Origin: the human T2T-CHM13v2.0 reference genome, Homo sapiens
Assembly: GCF_009914755.1 (NCBI RefSeq)
Contig: NC_060941.1
DNA: 64,000 nucleotides
Direction: 5' to 3' (one strand)
Made by a program: the position numbers and the translations under genes. The notes under the pieces were generated by a model. That model had not been told where the DNA came from and did no database searches. It worked only from the letters and a program-made list of their open reading frames with translations. Shown here one piece after another: positions 1 through 12,780 of the stretch; position 1 is the first letter of the stretch; the number at the start of each line of letters is the position of its first letter.

Positions 1-1629
1 AAAGAAGATTAGATGTCCTTCAGGATTTCAGGACAATGCTCCAGCTTTTAGAAATATTTGTTTAAAAAATAAAAATAAAATTACAGATACACCAAAAGAA
101 GGAAAAAATCCAGGAAAACGTTCGTAGTGTATTAACCCTATTGTAAAACAAAATAATTCATTTAAAATCTTACAGAAAACTGAACTGAAAGAAGAAAACA
201 TTAAATGATATTATGAATCAGAAACTAAGTTAAAATTCATTTGAACAACTGTGTATGTACAAGTCCTCAGTTCACAACTCTTCAGACAGTTTCATTACTC
301 TACAGAGCTGGATGGAAATTTGTGTTTCTCCAGGCTATGCATCTCTAAGTGAGTGGCCAGGAGTGAGGCTGCTCCCAGGCTCACAACATCAATGGACCAC
401 ACAACAATTAGCAGCAGAAGGAAGTAGTCTTTACAATATATATACATTAAGTATACTACGAGCAGGGTTTTCACTTTAGCTAAAGCCTTTCTGTGGGGAA
501 AATGGACTCTGGAGGCCTTCTCTCTTCCCTTTCCAACAGCAAAAAATAAAATAAAAGAAGTTGTTCACCCCCAATTCTGCCTCAGATATAAATTAAAATG
601 GCTAATTCCATCAGGTGGGAAAAGACAGGGTGACTTCCCACATCAGGGAACCACCATTTAGAATTCGGAGCTCTATCCTTTCATTATATTACTCATATTT
701 ATTTCCTGTGGGTTTAGAGAAACAAGAATTAGAAATAAATGGCATTCTTGCCTGCTCACAAGGGATATTTGCCTCAATCTAAACTCCTGCTTCAACTTTA
801 CACAGTTCCTAAGTCTCCAATGCTGAATTTGTGACTCTTATGTCAGAAATCTTCAAAGTTGTGGCAGATCCAGAAACAAAGAGATAGAGAAATCATTCAC
901 GTTGGGATGACAAAGAGAGCAAGATTAAACACATAGGGAAAGAGTAATTCCAGAAGGGAAACATTAGGAAAAGACAGTGTCCTATAAAGACGATTTTACC
1001 TTCTTTGAACCACTGACAGCTCTCTGATAAAATAAAAAGGACTCAGTACAGAATCAGAGTCAGCCAGCTCTGAACAGAGTATTGCCACTCTGAGTAATAT
1101 GCTCTACATTGGAAAAGTAAAAAAACTCATCGGTATTTCAGTTTTGTCATACCAACAGAGGGAGCATTCCAAAGCTTTGACTTCTGTTATTATTAAGGGA
1201 CTGAGCATGCAAATTAGCACTGGTACACAGGCCCTTAGTTGAATCATACTTATACCAAGTGCCATGGGAAGGTGTACTGCAAAATATCAGGAGTATGTTT
1301 AAATAAACCTAGTTTTGCTCAAGCCTTGTTATGGATAGCTTCATGCAGAAATTGTGCATATAATATCTATGCTCTGGAGAAATTTCAGATTCTAAAGAAA
1401 TTCACCCAAACTCTCCATCCTCCCTCCTACTTGGCTCCAAACCCTAAGTATTATTAACCCACATTCTCTTGAACATCTCCTTTTCTACTCTTTATATCAC
1501 TGGATATTTTTTATTTAGCAAGTCTTAGAGAATGTTTTCAAAGAATTTTGGATTACAGATGTTTTGTATACTTTCCAAGGTGCTCTATAACTTACTCACT
1601 TACCTTACCCTTTCTCTATTACTAAAACA

Positions 1630-1795
1630 ATGCATCTCAATCCTTACTGCACATGAAAACCACCTGGAAATCTTAAGAAGAAAAAATAATGCTTTGGACA
1701 TATTCAACACCAACTGAATCTGTAAGGATAAGGCTTTGACATCATAAAAACTTCCAGGGTAACACTGATATTCATCTGTGCTAAGAACCCTATAG
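1630..1795. mobile_element. MER5-like hAT DNA transposon fossil
   Basis: Degenerate match to recalled MER5 (tctcaatccttactgcacatgaaaaccacctgg ... ccagggtaacactgatattcatctgtgctaagaacc); a second MER5-like end lies at ~2820-2863. Confidence 0.45.
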
Positions 1796-3067
1796 TAAAA
1801 GTTTAAAGTCAGAGGAAAAGCAACATAGAACAGCTGACATTTCAAAGTTCAAAAGGATGGTTTTCTGTTATCCAGTGTTATCATCACAGATGACACTGCA
1901 AACATTTTGAACAGAGTTTCATATGGCAAACTAAGCAGTATATAAGCAAGGCACTCAACACCAGGGCTCTAATCCCTGAATCACTCTGTGAGATTACAAA
2001 CCATACTTTTATCTTCTTGCAGATCCCCGCCCCAAAAAGCACTTTGGAGGATGAAGCTTCAAAACAGAAATAATCAAAATACTGTGGCAGGAAATCTGAT
2101 CGGAAACATTCAGCACAAGGAGAAAAATATCAGACGGCATTCATTAAACTCCCCAAAGCCCTGAGAAACACTGATTTAAGAACTAAAAATATATCATCAG
2201 TTATAATAGCAGTATGACTTCTAACCTGAAAGAACATATTGTAGTCAATATGATGTTTGCAGGCAGGCAGAGTGTCTGGTGCTTTTGGTAAGAATATATA
2301 TTTTGTCTACAAAGACATCAAAGTGCTTGTGAGCAGGAATTTGTCTTGTGAAAGTTTACTTCCAACTCTCAAGCATTATATCCAATGACTTACTAATGAA
2401 TAGCATTCCTATCATTGGATGAAATAATTAAAATACAAACCAGCTCCTTCACCTTACAGATTTAAAAAAAAGTTTGTTTGATTGTATTGTTAAAACAAAG
2501 AGTTTGATTTCAGATTGACTTTCCCAAGGCCTCATATTGAGAGAAAGTTGGGGATAAAGCAAGCACAGACAAACAATCATCAACCTCAATGGGGCTGCGG
2601 CATTTCAGTTCAATCTTGTTTTCTGTTCTTGAAAATTTGGGGAGTCACCCTCCACAATAACTATATCAAAACTTAGGCCCTTTACCCACATAAATAATAC
2701 CCAAGTCTGCACCTCTTACTTCATAGCTTCTGATTATTCATAGATGTTTCAGGTGAGAGTAAAACTGCATTGATTTCTTTGCATTCAGGGCTGATCTATT
2801 CAAATCATTCACTCTTTTAGGGCCCAAGTGAATTCTAATATGCAGCAGGAATGAGTTCCATTGTAACAAAAGCTTAATGATCAGCTGGCATGGTAAAGTA
2901 CCAGTTATGCTGGGTTCTCTTTTTCTGACTTCATCATTACAGATAACATTCTGGAAATGTTGAACAGAGTCTCATATAACAACTTAATCAGGTGAACTTG
3001 CTGAATAATTACTGTTTCATGGAAATACATTATATTTATTCAATAGGTAGAAAAAGTTCAATGTAAT

Positions 3068-3736
3068 TGTATACGGGCATGTCTTGGGGCTCCGACCCCA
3101 TGGCAGTATCTAAGGGTGAATGTTTACAGCTGAAGCCCCAGTAGGCGTGTGTTATAGTGTGCTCTTTTTGTTTAGCCATCAGCAGGCAGCTATGTTAGCT
3201 GAATTAGACCCCATGCCTTATTGCAAGGACAGAGGGCTTTCTGTGTCCTGAGGTTTCTTGCCTTGGTGTACTGGAAGAATCAGATCACAGGTGGCATTGG
3301 AGAATTAGTGCAAGGTTTTATTGAGTGGAAGTAGCTCTCAGCAGACAGGGGAGTCAGAAGGGAGATGGAGTGGGAAGGTGGTTTTCTCCTGGCGTCGGGA
3401 AGCTCAGTGACAGGGCTCTCCTCCCACCACCTCCGGCCAAACTCCATGTGGTTCCACCAGTCAATGGCCTGCCAGTGCCTGTCAGTGTGCTCTTCTGCTG
3501 GTGTGTTCCTCTTGACGTTCAGCCACTTGTGTCTGTGTCTGCTAGGGTCTCGGGGTTTTTATAGGCACAGGATGGGGGCATAGCAGGCCAGGGTGGTCTT
3601 GGAAAATGCAACATTTGGCAGGAAGGCAGGAGTGCCTGTCCTCACCTAGGTCCATGGTCAACAGGCCCAGGAGTGCAGCCCTTGCCAGGGACCTGCCCTT
3701 CTCCTCCCAGCACTTCTCTGGCCACCTCCCATATCA
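3068..3736 (-). mobile_element. ERV1-class solo LTR (LTR27/LTR28/MER52 group)
   Basis: GC-rich island bounded by TG...CA; minus strand starts tgatatgggaggtggccagagaagtgctggg; AATAAA on minus strand at ~3317; flanks gtaat / gtaag resemble a TSD. Confidence 0.7.
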
Positions 3737-3739
3737 GTA

Positions 3740-4850
3740 AGCTTTCTTTTCCTATACATTTTGCTCTTGCTAGATTTTATATATTCTTATTTTATTTTTG
3801 TCTGAGTTTTTATGTAAAGATTAATATTTTTCTAAATCTTTAAATAGTATATTCCAAACACATATTAGCATTATTTTCCAAATATTCAAATAAAATTTAA
3901 ATTATTAGGAAATAATTTGGAGAGTACTCCAAATATTCAAATACATCTGGAAATTTCTCATATCCATGTTTACATACGTACATTTTTGTTCCCCACCTTT
4001 CTGGGTATCTTAGAGATACCCAGACCCCATAGTGGCCTATACTTTTGCTCCAATTTAAAGGGCTGTTCTCTAGGTCATGGCTACACAAATGCATACCATG
4101 GATTATTTTTATTACCAAACACACTTTTCTCTTGACAGCTTTTCTGTGTGATGCCACCTATTTCTTAGACCCCGTGTTTGGCTCTTTCTTAGTTTATTCC
4201 TTCACTTTTTTATAGTATGTTTTAATTAAGGGTGTATGGGAGGCAAAATTTTTGAGTCCACTAATATTCAAAGTGTCTTTGTTCCCTTTATATAATGTAT
4301 TGACAATATATTCAGTCAAGAATTATAATTTAGAAATTTCTGTCCTTCTGAATTTCGAAGCAATTGTTCCATTGTCTCTTAGGTCCCAGTGTTTCTGTTC
4401 AGAAGTGTAATGTCATTCTGAGCTTTTGCCTGTTTTGTCTTTTTCTGGAATCTGTTAGTACCTTACCCAGGTGTAGTGAAATTTTACTCTCATATGCATT
4501 ATTGTGAGTCTTTTACTTTTCTTCATTTATTGTACTGGACCCTCTATGAAACCATAAATATAAAGATTCCTATCCTTCAGTTCTGGAATATACTAATTTT
4601 CAGAGAATATGCACTTTTTATATTCTATAGTCCTTGTTAACTGGATTTCTTCATTTTCATGTATTCTATCTCCCAGTTTTCATTTTTTTTCACATTTGCT
4701 GTTCTAATTCATCAGAGATACTCTAAGAGTTTTACTAGAAATGTTAAGCCTCATTTATAAGATCAATGATTTCAGAAAACCTTTCTGTTTCTTGTTTCTT
4801 TCTTCAATAATGTTCTTACATTATGAGTGCAATATATTCTCATCTCTCTG
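3740..4850 (-). mobile_element. Ancient L1M/HAL1-type fragment (antisense ORF1-like region)
   Basis: T-rich; motifs such as ttgttccattgtctctt...tttctgttcagaagtgtaatgtcattctga typical of antisense old L1 ORF1. Confidence 0.4.
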
Positions 4851-4874
4851 TGTGATTCTTTCTTTTAATATCTA

Positions 4875-5000
4875 TAATTTATTGAATATTTACTATATGC
4901 TAAATACCATACTAGGCAAATTATATACATCATCAAGTTTAATTTTTACAATCATATTTTATGGTAGAAAATATTATTACCATTCGATATACAAAGATAT
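4875..5000 (-). mobile_element. MIR fragment
   Basis: atttattgaatatttactatatgctaaataccatactagg...tattattaccatt matches the antisense MIR 3' end. Confidence 0.55.
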
Positions 5001-5410
5001 CAAGAATAGGTTTTTCATTTACAGATTAATTCTCATTATGTAAATACTGTGTACTGTTTTGCCAAGTAGTATATAATGATTAATATTTTATTTCCTATAC
5101 AACTTTTTGTTGATAAATATCAATGGCATATTAGTTTGACTGCAAAGTCCAAACTCCAAAGAGAGTTATAGGAGACTACTGAGAGTGGAAGTGCTACTTC
5201 ATGACAATATTTATACAATTTTGTTATTTATAATTTTATATTATTATATTTTCACATTGTTATTATTTTTCAGATTTTTTAGAAAGTAATCTTCTTGAGG
5301 AAAAGTAATTTTTTAAAACTTTCTTCCTAACCCAGCCCCCACCTCAGTGCCTGGAAAATTAGTTGTAAAATAGTGCCTATAAAATTTTTCAGTGCAAACA
5401 ATTGCTGCTC

Positions 5411-5605
5411 ATTTATATTTATTTATTTATTTATTTATTTATTTATTCATTTATTTTTCAAGTTAGGGTCTCACTCTGTCACTCAGTATGTAGTGTGGTG
5501 GCATGATCATAGTTCACTGTAACCTGGAATTCCTAGGCTTAAGCAATCATCCTGCCAACCAAATAGCTAGGACTACAGGCATGTGACATGATGTCCAACT
5601 AATTT
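5411..5605 (-). mobile_element. Old Alu monomer (FRAM/AluJ right arm) with (ATTT)n tail
   Basis: agggtctcactctgtc...agctaggactacaggcatg; tail has become (ATTT)n at 5411-5458. Confidence 0.8.
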
Positions 5606-7025
5606 ATTTAAACTAATTTTTATATGCAGATATCAGCATTCATACATTAAAGTTTTTAAAGTAGAACTTACCTGTAGGCAAGGTAATATTTCTTTAAGTT
5701 TTCATATCCATAAGGAAGAGATAATAATATATGCTTCATAGAATTGTTGTAGAATTAACATATATACATTTTATATATAGTGCTTAGCATACTGTTTAAA
5801 ACCTATATAACCATTAAACACTTACTAACTATTCACAGCTATTTCTATTATTCTCCCCTTTATTACCTTCATTATGTGAGATATAAGAATAACATATTCT
5901 TGATGATAGGACTAGATTAAGATGAAATCCAGAAAATACAAAGGAAGTTTAATAATGTAATAAAATGCATTAAAATGTCATCATTTTAAGTATTGTTCTG
6001 CCTCTTAACAACATAGCACATGTTGACAGATTTAATTTGAAAATCAATCTAGAGCAGTATTTGAGGCTCCTGAATAAATATCTCTTCAAACATTATAATA
6101 TTCAAGTTTTCAGGTATTTCCTATTAGGAAATTCATTTATTACATATAGCATATTAAATTTTATTTCTTGAAGCAAACCTTCGGCTATTATCTCCAATCT
6201 AAATTAATTTCTCATTCCCCTATGAGCCTTTAGCATTTTATCAAGTGTTTATTAAAATGCCTATCATAATTTTCTTTTCATTTATTTATTAATATGTATC
6301 TTACCTCCTCACTAGATCCAAAGCTTCTTGCAGAAAAGATCAATAACATATATATCTTTGTATTTCTCCCAGCAACTAAAACAATATCTTAGTCATGGTG
6401 GAAACTGAAAAAAACTTTGTGGAAGTGAATGTACCTGATAATTATAAAATTAAGATTAGATTTATGTAGCACAGCTATATGGAAGCAATGTAGTAAAACC
6501 TATTTACCTGAGACTCTAAAAGATTACTCAAGCCAGAATTATTTGAGACTTGGTATTACTCAAACTTAACATATCTGTGACTTTTACATGCAGGAAGATG
6601 CTACTGTGAAACACATTATGTGCTTTTCACTGGGTCTTAATTGGTTCTTAGGGGTTTGTATTTATCAATCTTAACACATTTTTATGTTGCTCTAATACAC
6701 AGCAACATACACCTTTAGCATGCATTCTACTAAGATTATATAATACAATAAAATTAGTTAACACATAATTGGATCAAATTTGAGATTTAATTTATAAGTA
6801 GTGTGATCCACTAGCTATGTACCTAGCTAAAAGCTAAAAGTATTTCAATACTTATTAATATTATATCTAATCTCTTCTAGAGTCATATAATGTTTATTTT
6901 ATTGTTCTTTTAAGTCAAAGTGACATGCAAGAAAAAAATTAACATTAGATATCATGAATAAGATGGTGGTGCTAAGTGAAATCAAGTGAAAAAATATTTT
7001 TTAATTTAAATGTATTTAAAAATTG

Positions 7026-9767
7026 GAGGCCCAGATATGTTCAGTGGTGTATTCTAGCAAACATTTAAGAAAAAAATACCAATTCTCTACAATCTCTTCC
7101 AGAAGATAAATACTTTGTAACTCATTCTGAATCCAGAATTGTCCTAATATCAACACCAGATGAATACATTACAGGAAAAGAAAAATATAGGCAATAAATC
7201 TAATAAATATAGACGTAAAAACCCTCAACAAAATTTTAGCAAACCAAATCCAACAATGTACACAAATAATAATATATTCTGACCAAGTGGGATCTCTTCT
7301 GAATATGAATATGCAAAGTTGGTCCTACATTAGAAACTTAATGTATTCTATTGAATAAACGGGTTAAGGAAGATAAATCACGTGACCATATAAACAGATG
7401 TAGACTGAACATTTGAAGAAAATCCAACATTTATTTGTGATAAAAGCTATCAGCACACTAGGAATAGAGGAGTATTTTTATAACTTGATAAAGAATATCT
7501 ACAAAAAACCTACAGCTAACATCATACTTATTGATGAGAAACTGGAGGCTTTCCTTCTAGGATTAGAAATAAGGCAAGAATGTTCACTCTTAGCAACATA
7601 TTTTTAATATTGTACTAAAAGTCCTAGCTCGTGCAATAAGACAAGAGAATAAAAAGTTATACAGATTGGAAAGGAAGAAACAAAACTGTCATGTTCAAAT
7701 TTAGCATGGTTATTGATGTAGCAAATGAAAAATAACTGACAAAAAAGTCTTGAAATTGAAAAGCAATTATAGTAAGATTTCAGAATATAATGTTAACATA
7801 TAAAAGTCTATTATTTTTCTATATACCATCGATAAACAAATAAAATTTGAAACTAAAACAAAATACCATTTACAGTAGTATCTAAAAAATAAAATACTTA
7901 GGTACAAATCTAACAAAATACAAATCTATATGAGGGAAATGATAAAATTCATAAAATGAATCAAAAAGAAGCAAATGAATGGAGAGATATTCTATGTTCA
8001 TAGATAGGAAGACTCAAATTTGTCAACATGTCAGTTTTTATCAACTTGATCTACAGATTAAACGCTATCCCAATTATAATCTCCACAAGTTATATGAAGA
8101 GGCAGAAGACACAGAATAGCCAACCTAATACTGAAGGAGATGAATCAAGTTGGAGTACTGACACTATCTGACTTCAAGAGTTCCCGTAAAGATATAGTAA
8201 TCAAGACGATTTTGTACTGGTAAAAAAAAAATAGACAAATGGATACATGGAAAAGATCAGAGAGCATAGAAATAGACCTACATAAATATACTCAACTAAT
8301 CTTTGATTTAAGTTCAAATGCAATATGTGGAATACAAGATAGTTCTTTCAACAAAAGGTGCTCGAACAACTGGACATGTATATGCAAAAAACAATCTGGA
8401 CACAGACTGTGTACCTTTCACAAAAATTAACTCAAAATGAATAATAGACTTATATATAAAATGCTGATCTATGAAACTCCATAAGGTAACAGGAGAAAAT
8501 TGGTTTGGCCTTGGATATGGTGATGACTTTTTACATACAACACCAAAGCACAATACATGAAAGAAATAATTGATAATACGGTCTTCATTACAATTAGAAA
8601 CTTCTGCTCTGGAAAAGACACTGTCAAAAAATAAGACAAGTCATAAACTGGAAGAAAATATTTAGAAAAGACATATCTGATAAAGGATTGTTATATAAAA
8701 TATACAAAGAATCCTTAAAACTGAACAATAAGAAATTTAACAACCTTATTTAAAAATAGACAAAAGACCTGAACAGGTGCCTCATGAAAGAAAAATATAG
8801 AGATGGTAAATAAGCATATGAAAATATGTTCAACATCATATGTCTTTAGATAATTGAAAATTAAAGCAACAATGACATACTACTACACACCTAATACAAC
8901 AGCCCAAATCTAAAACACTGACAACAACAAATACTGGCAAGAATGTGGAGCAACATGAAGCTTCATTCATTACTAGTGGGAATGCAAAATGGTATTGTCA
9001 CGTTTGAAAAGCATTTGGCAGTTTCTTACAAAGCTAAACTCTTATTATGTGATCCAGCATTCAAGCCCTTGGTATCTATCCAAAAACGCTGAAAACATAT
9101 GTCCACACAAAAACCTGCATATGAATGTTTGTGGCAGCTTTTTCATAATTGCCAACATTTGGAATCAGCCAAGATGTCTTTCAGTAGGTGAACAAACAAA
9201 CTGTGGATAAGTAAATAGATAAGTACATCCAGACAACAAAATATTATTCAGGGCTAAAAGAAAATGAACTATTAAGCCATGAAAATATATGAAGGAATAT
9301 CAAATGCATATTACTGAGTAAAATAAGTTAATCCAAAAAGACAATATACTGTATAATTCCAATTATACAACATTCTGGAAAAGGCAAAACTATGGAGACA
9401 GTAAAAATGTCAATAGTTGTCAGGCACTGGTGATGGCAGGTATGGATGAATAGGCAGAATTCGAGGATTTTTAGAGCAGTAAAAGTATTCAGTATGATAC
9501 TATAATTGTGGATATGTCATTAAATATTTGTCAAAACCCACGAAATGTACAAGAGTTATCCCTAATGTAAACTATGGGTTTTGAGTGATAATGATGTGTC
9601 AGTATAGGTTCATTGATTGTAACAAATATTCCACTGTTGTGTGGGATGTTGATAGTGAAGGAGGCTATGGATATTGGGGGCAGAAGGCATATGAGCAGTC
9701 TCTACAAATTCTGCTCAATTTTGCTATAAACCAAAAAGTACTTAATAATAAAATATATTGAAAAAAG
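7026..9767 (+). mobile_element. 5'-truncated old L1 (L1MC1-like): decayed ORF2 and 3'UTR
   Basis: ORF2 remnants in the ORF track (KIQHLFVIKAISTLGIE..IYKKPTANIIL; IDLHKYTQLIFD); L1MC-type 3'UTR ending tctgctcaattttgctataaacc plus A-rich tail. Confidence 0.85.
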
Positions 9768-9830
9768 TTTGGGGAACCAAGATAAAATCCAAAAAATTTG
9801 ATATAAAGTAAAAACAAAACTAAACTAAAG

Positions 9831-9876
9831 CACACACATACACAGAGAGAGAGAGAGAGAGAGGAGAGAAAGAGAC
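9831..9876. repeat. (CA)n(GA)n compound microsatellite
   Basis: Seen directly. Confidence 0.9.
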
Positions 9877-10542
9877 ATATTTAATATTGACCTTTACTCA
9901 CTCCCAGAAATAGAGCACTTTAAATAGACCTGGGAAAGGAAGCCTGTGCTGCCACAAAAACAGTTTTATGTATCATTTTGTTAACTTTGAAATATGCTCC
10001 TGGACCCCTTAGCCCAAGATATAAAATCTATAGGCTTGGGTTAGGACTTCACTTGAGATTTGTTTATAGTTTTTCCATATGAGCTTCTGTCACTCTACTA
10101 AGGTCCTATCAGCCATAAATTTTCCAGTTGGAAATTCCTCTTGATTTTTGAACATGAAACCACTGCACGCTATGGGCAACTTGGGATTTCTTTTTCAATT
10201 TCCTCAAGACTGAGGAATATGTCATACTACTTAGACTATAGCCATGTATTAACAATCTACAGTTTCTGCTTTTGATGGCTGACAGCTCAACTACGGAAAA
10301 TAGTATTTTGAAAGCTGTGGGAATTCAATCATCAACTATTCTCTCATGGGCTCTCTTCCAAGGTATTGGACCTGATTAAAGGAAATGTTACTTTTGCAAG
10401 TATGCATTGCTATCAAGTAAAAGACACACACAGAGAGCCACAACCAACAACAAAACAGCATATAGTTATGACCGTTCCTTATTCGACCTCAGCCATCCCA
10501 CAATTCTCTATTTTTTCAAATTTATTTTCTTTTATTGCCAAA

Positions 10543-10551
10543 TGTGTGTGA

Positions 10552-10591
<40 letters not shown>

Positions 10592-10602
10592 CAGACAGAG
10601 AG
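10543..10602. repeat. (TG)n(AG)n compound microsatellite
   Basis: Seen directly. Confidence 0.9.
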
Positions 10603-11449
10603 TGTTCAGGAGTTTTTTGTGCTGGGAATCATCAGGTCAAATATGAAGTTCAGATATAATGAAGTCACTCACTATCCTTTTTTATAGTCAGAAGACACCA
10701 GAAATAGGTCAAGAGACATTTGCTTGCAGAAAAAGATATGAGCCCAAATCTAGGAATGTCTATTGATACAAGAAATAACAGAGTTATTTTAGATATAAGA
10801 ACACAAGAGGTCCAGAATCCTCAACTTAGATGTTTGGAAGTCAAAAATAATAACACCAACAATTCAGGGCTTATTTCCTCTCGTTTGTATCTTGAGGAAA
10901 TAGGGCAGAAGGTATGGAGGTAAAATGTGTTAAAACTGGGAGACTGCTTGGCCTCAGATCTGTAGGCACATGAAGGCAGTTTTTGTTCTTTTTGTTTTTA
11001 AGGATATGAGAATAACTAGTGCTTACACACAGGAGACAAGAGTCAAACTCACATTTTAAAATCAGGAATATGTGAGAGCTCCCCAACTGGTAAAAGATGG
11101 CTAAAATACAAGCGCAAATGATATTCACCAGCCGACATGATAGCTTATATTATATAAAGCTGTTTTCTGAGGAGACAACAGGAAGAAGGCTTAGCCCCAT
11201 AACCTCACCAGCCACAGCCTAGGCTCAGCTGCATGATGGCTCCATGACTGGATTCACAATGTTTTCATTCTATCTGTCAATGAGGTACCTGAGCTGACTC
11301 TATGAGACCCAGTGTTATTATAGCAACCTTGATGGCTCGTGTAAAGGTTACTTCATAACCAACCGAAAGAGAAATATGAGTGTAAAGGTAGCACAATACA
11401 GAGAGAGAGAGAGAAAGAGGAGCAAAATCCCATTTAAGATGATCCTGCA

Positions 11450-12780
11450 AATCAGAACTTAATAAAAAAGCGAGAAACAATCATATTCAAAAGGCAGCTG
11501 ACAAAAATAACTTTCTAAAATAATTTTAAAGAAAAGAATATTAAATTTATTGAAGGCATATATGAAGGAATAGCATTAATAAAAATAATAAAGAATACTG
11601 ATAAATAAGCAAACAAAATTAAAAAAATGATTTATAAGCAGAAACTATTAGAAGTCACTGAGACTGAAAAGCAGTACTGAGCAATTCACCCAGAATGCAA
11701 CCAGAATACTTCAAAAGATAAGTTGTTCAAAGCTATAGAGAATTCAATAGCAGCCTCCAATATTTATTCACTAGGCATTCTGTAAGAAGAGACTAGAGAG
11801 AATGGAAGAGAAGTAATTTAGAAGTGAAAATGACTTAGAATTTTCCAGAACATAAGAAAGACAATAGTCAACAGATTAAAACAGGCATGTTTTACTGAGT
11901 GCCAAGTAGACAAGTCAAAATAGATTTATAACTATACACATTGTAGTAAAATCTACAAAACATTAAGGTTAAAGACAAAATCTGAAAAACTAGCAAGTAA
12001 AAAGACAAATTACATATATATTGATGACAAATAGGAGACTTCTCATTAACAACAGTATAAGCAAGAAGAGAATAGATTAGTAGCTTCAGAATGTTGATTG
12101 AAAATAACCATCATTATAGCTTATATAGTCAACCTATCAGTCAAGACTTAGGAGCAAGTAAGGAAAAAAATCAATTAGACCTGTAAAATTAAATGGGAGT
12201 TTATCACCCATAGACTTTCTTGAAATAAATACCAAAGGAGGTGCTTCCACATTAAGAAAAGTCAGCAGTACAGAAGTCTGGTGCAAACAAAAAGATAGTG
12301 CAATTAAAAAAATGCTGAAATGTATTTGTAAATTAAATTCAATATTGTCTGTAAAATAATAATCAATTTTTCACTTAAAGCATTTAGAAAAGAGCAGGAG
12401 GTACAGAAAATTCTACTCAAAAAAAGCAAAAAAAAGTAGAAAAAATCAATTTATATAAACATATTAACAGCAATAAATGATAACTGAGAAAGTTTGTGGC
12501 AATACAGCCTCTTAGATTGGACTTTTAAAATTCTAGCTACATGCAGCTTGCAGGAGTTACTTCTTGGACACACATTTATAGGATTCTTAAACAAAAATAG
12601 GAAGTATAGACAGGATAGCAAAAGTAAATAAAATTAAACCACAAAATATATTACAATATTAAATCAGACAAATAGAATTTTAAGAAAAAGACATCAGCAG
12701 TTACAAAGGGTAATATTACAATTAAGAATAATTCAACAAATGTGGATTAAAACAGTTGCTGTACTAATGGTGTAGCCTAG
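11450..12780 (+). mobile_element. Ancient L1M (ORF1 and start of ORF2), heavily decayed
   Basis: A-rich; ORF1-like motifs (agagaatggaagagaagtaatt..gaattttccagaa; acacattgtagtaaaa), then endonuclease-like ttagattgga...ctacatgcagcttgcaggag. Confidence 0.6.

Noticed and set aside
1140-1200. Possible paralogue of the 306-348 exon candidate (cagttttgtcataccaacag|AGGGAGC..)
   Set aside because: Similarity is too weak to support by eye, with no donor site or Tyr motif in frame.
4741-5043. Hydrophobic 100-aa ORF (and similar short F/L/I/Y-rich ORFs elsewhere)
   Set aside because: Composition follows AT-rich repeat DNA (old L1/MIR), with no splice or homology support.
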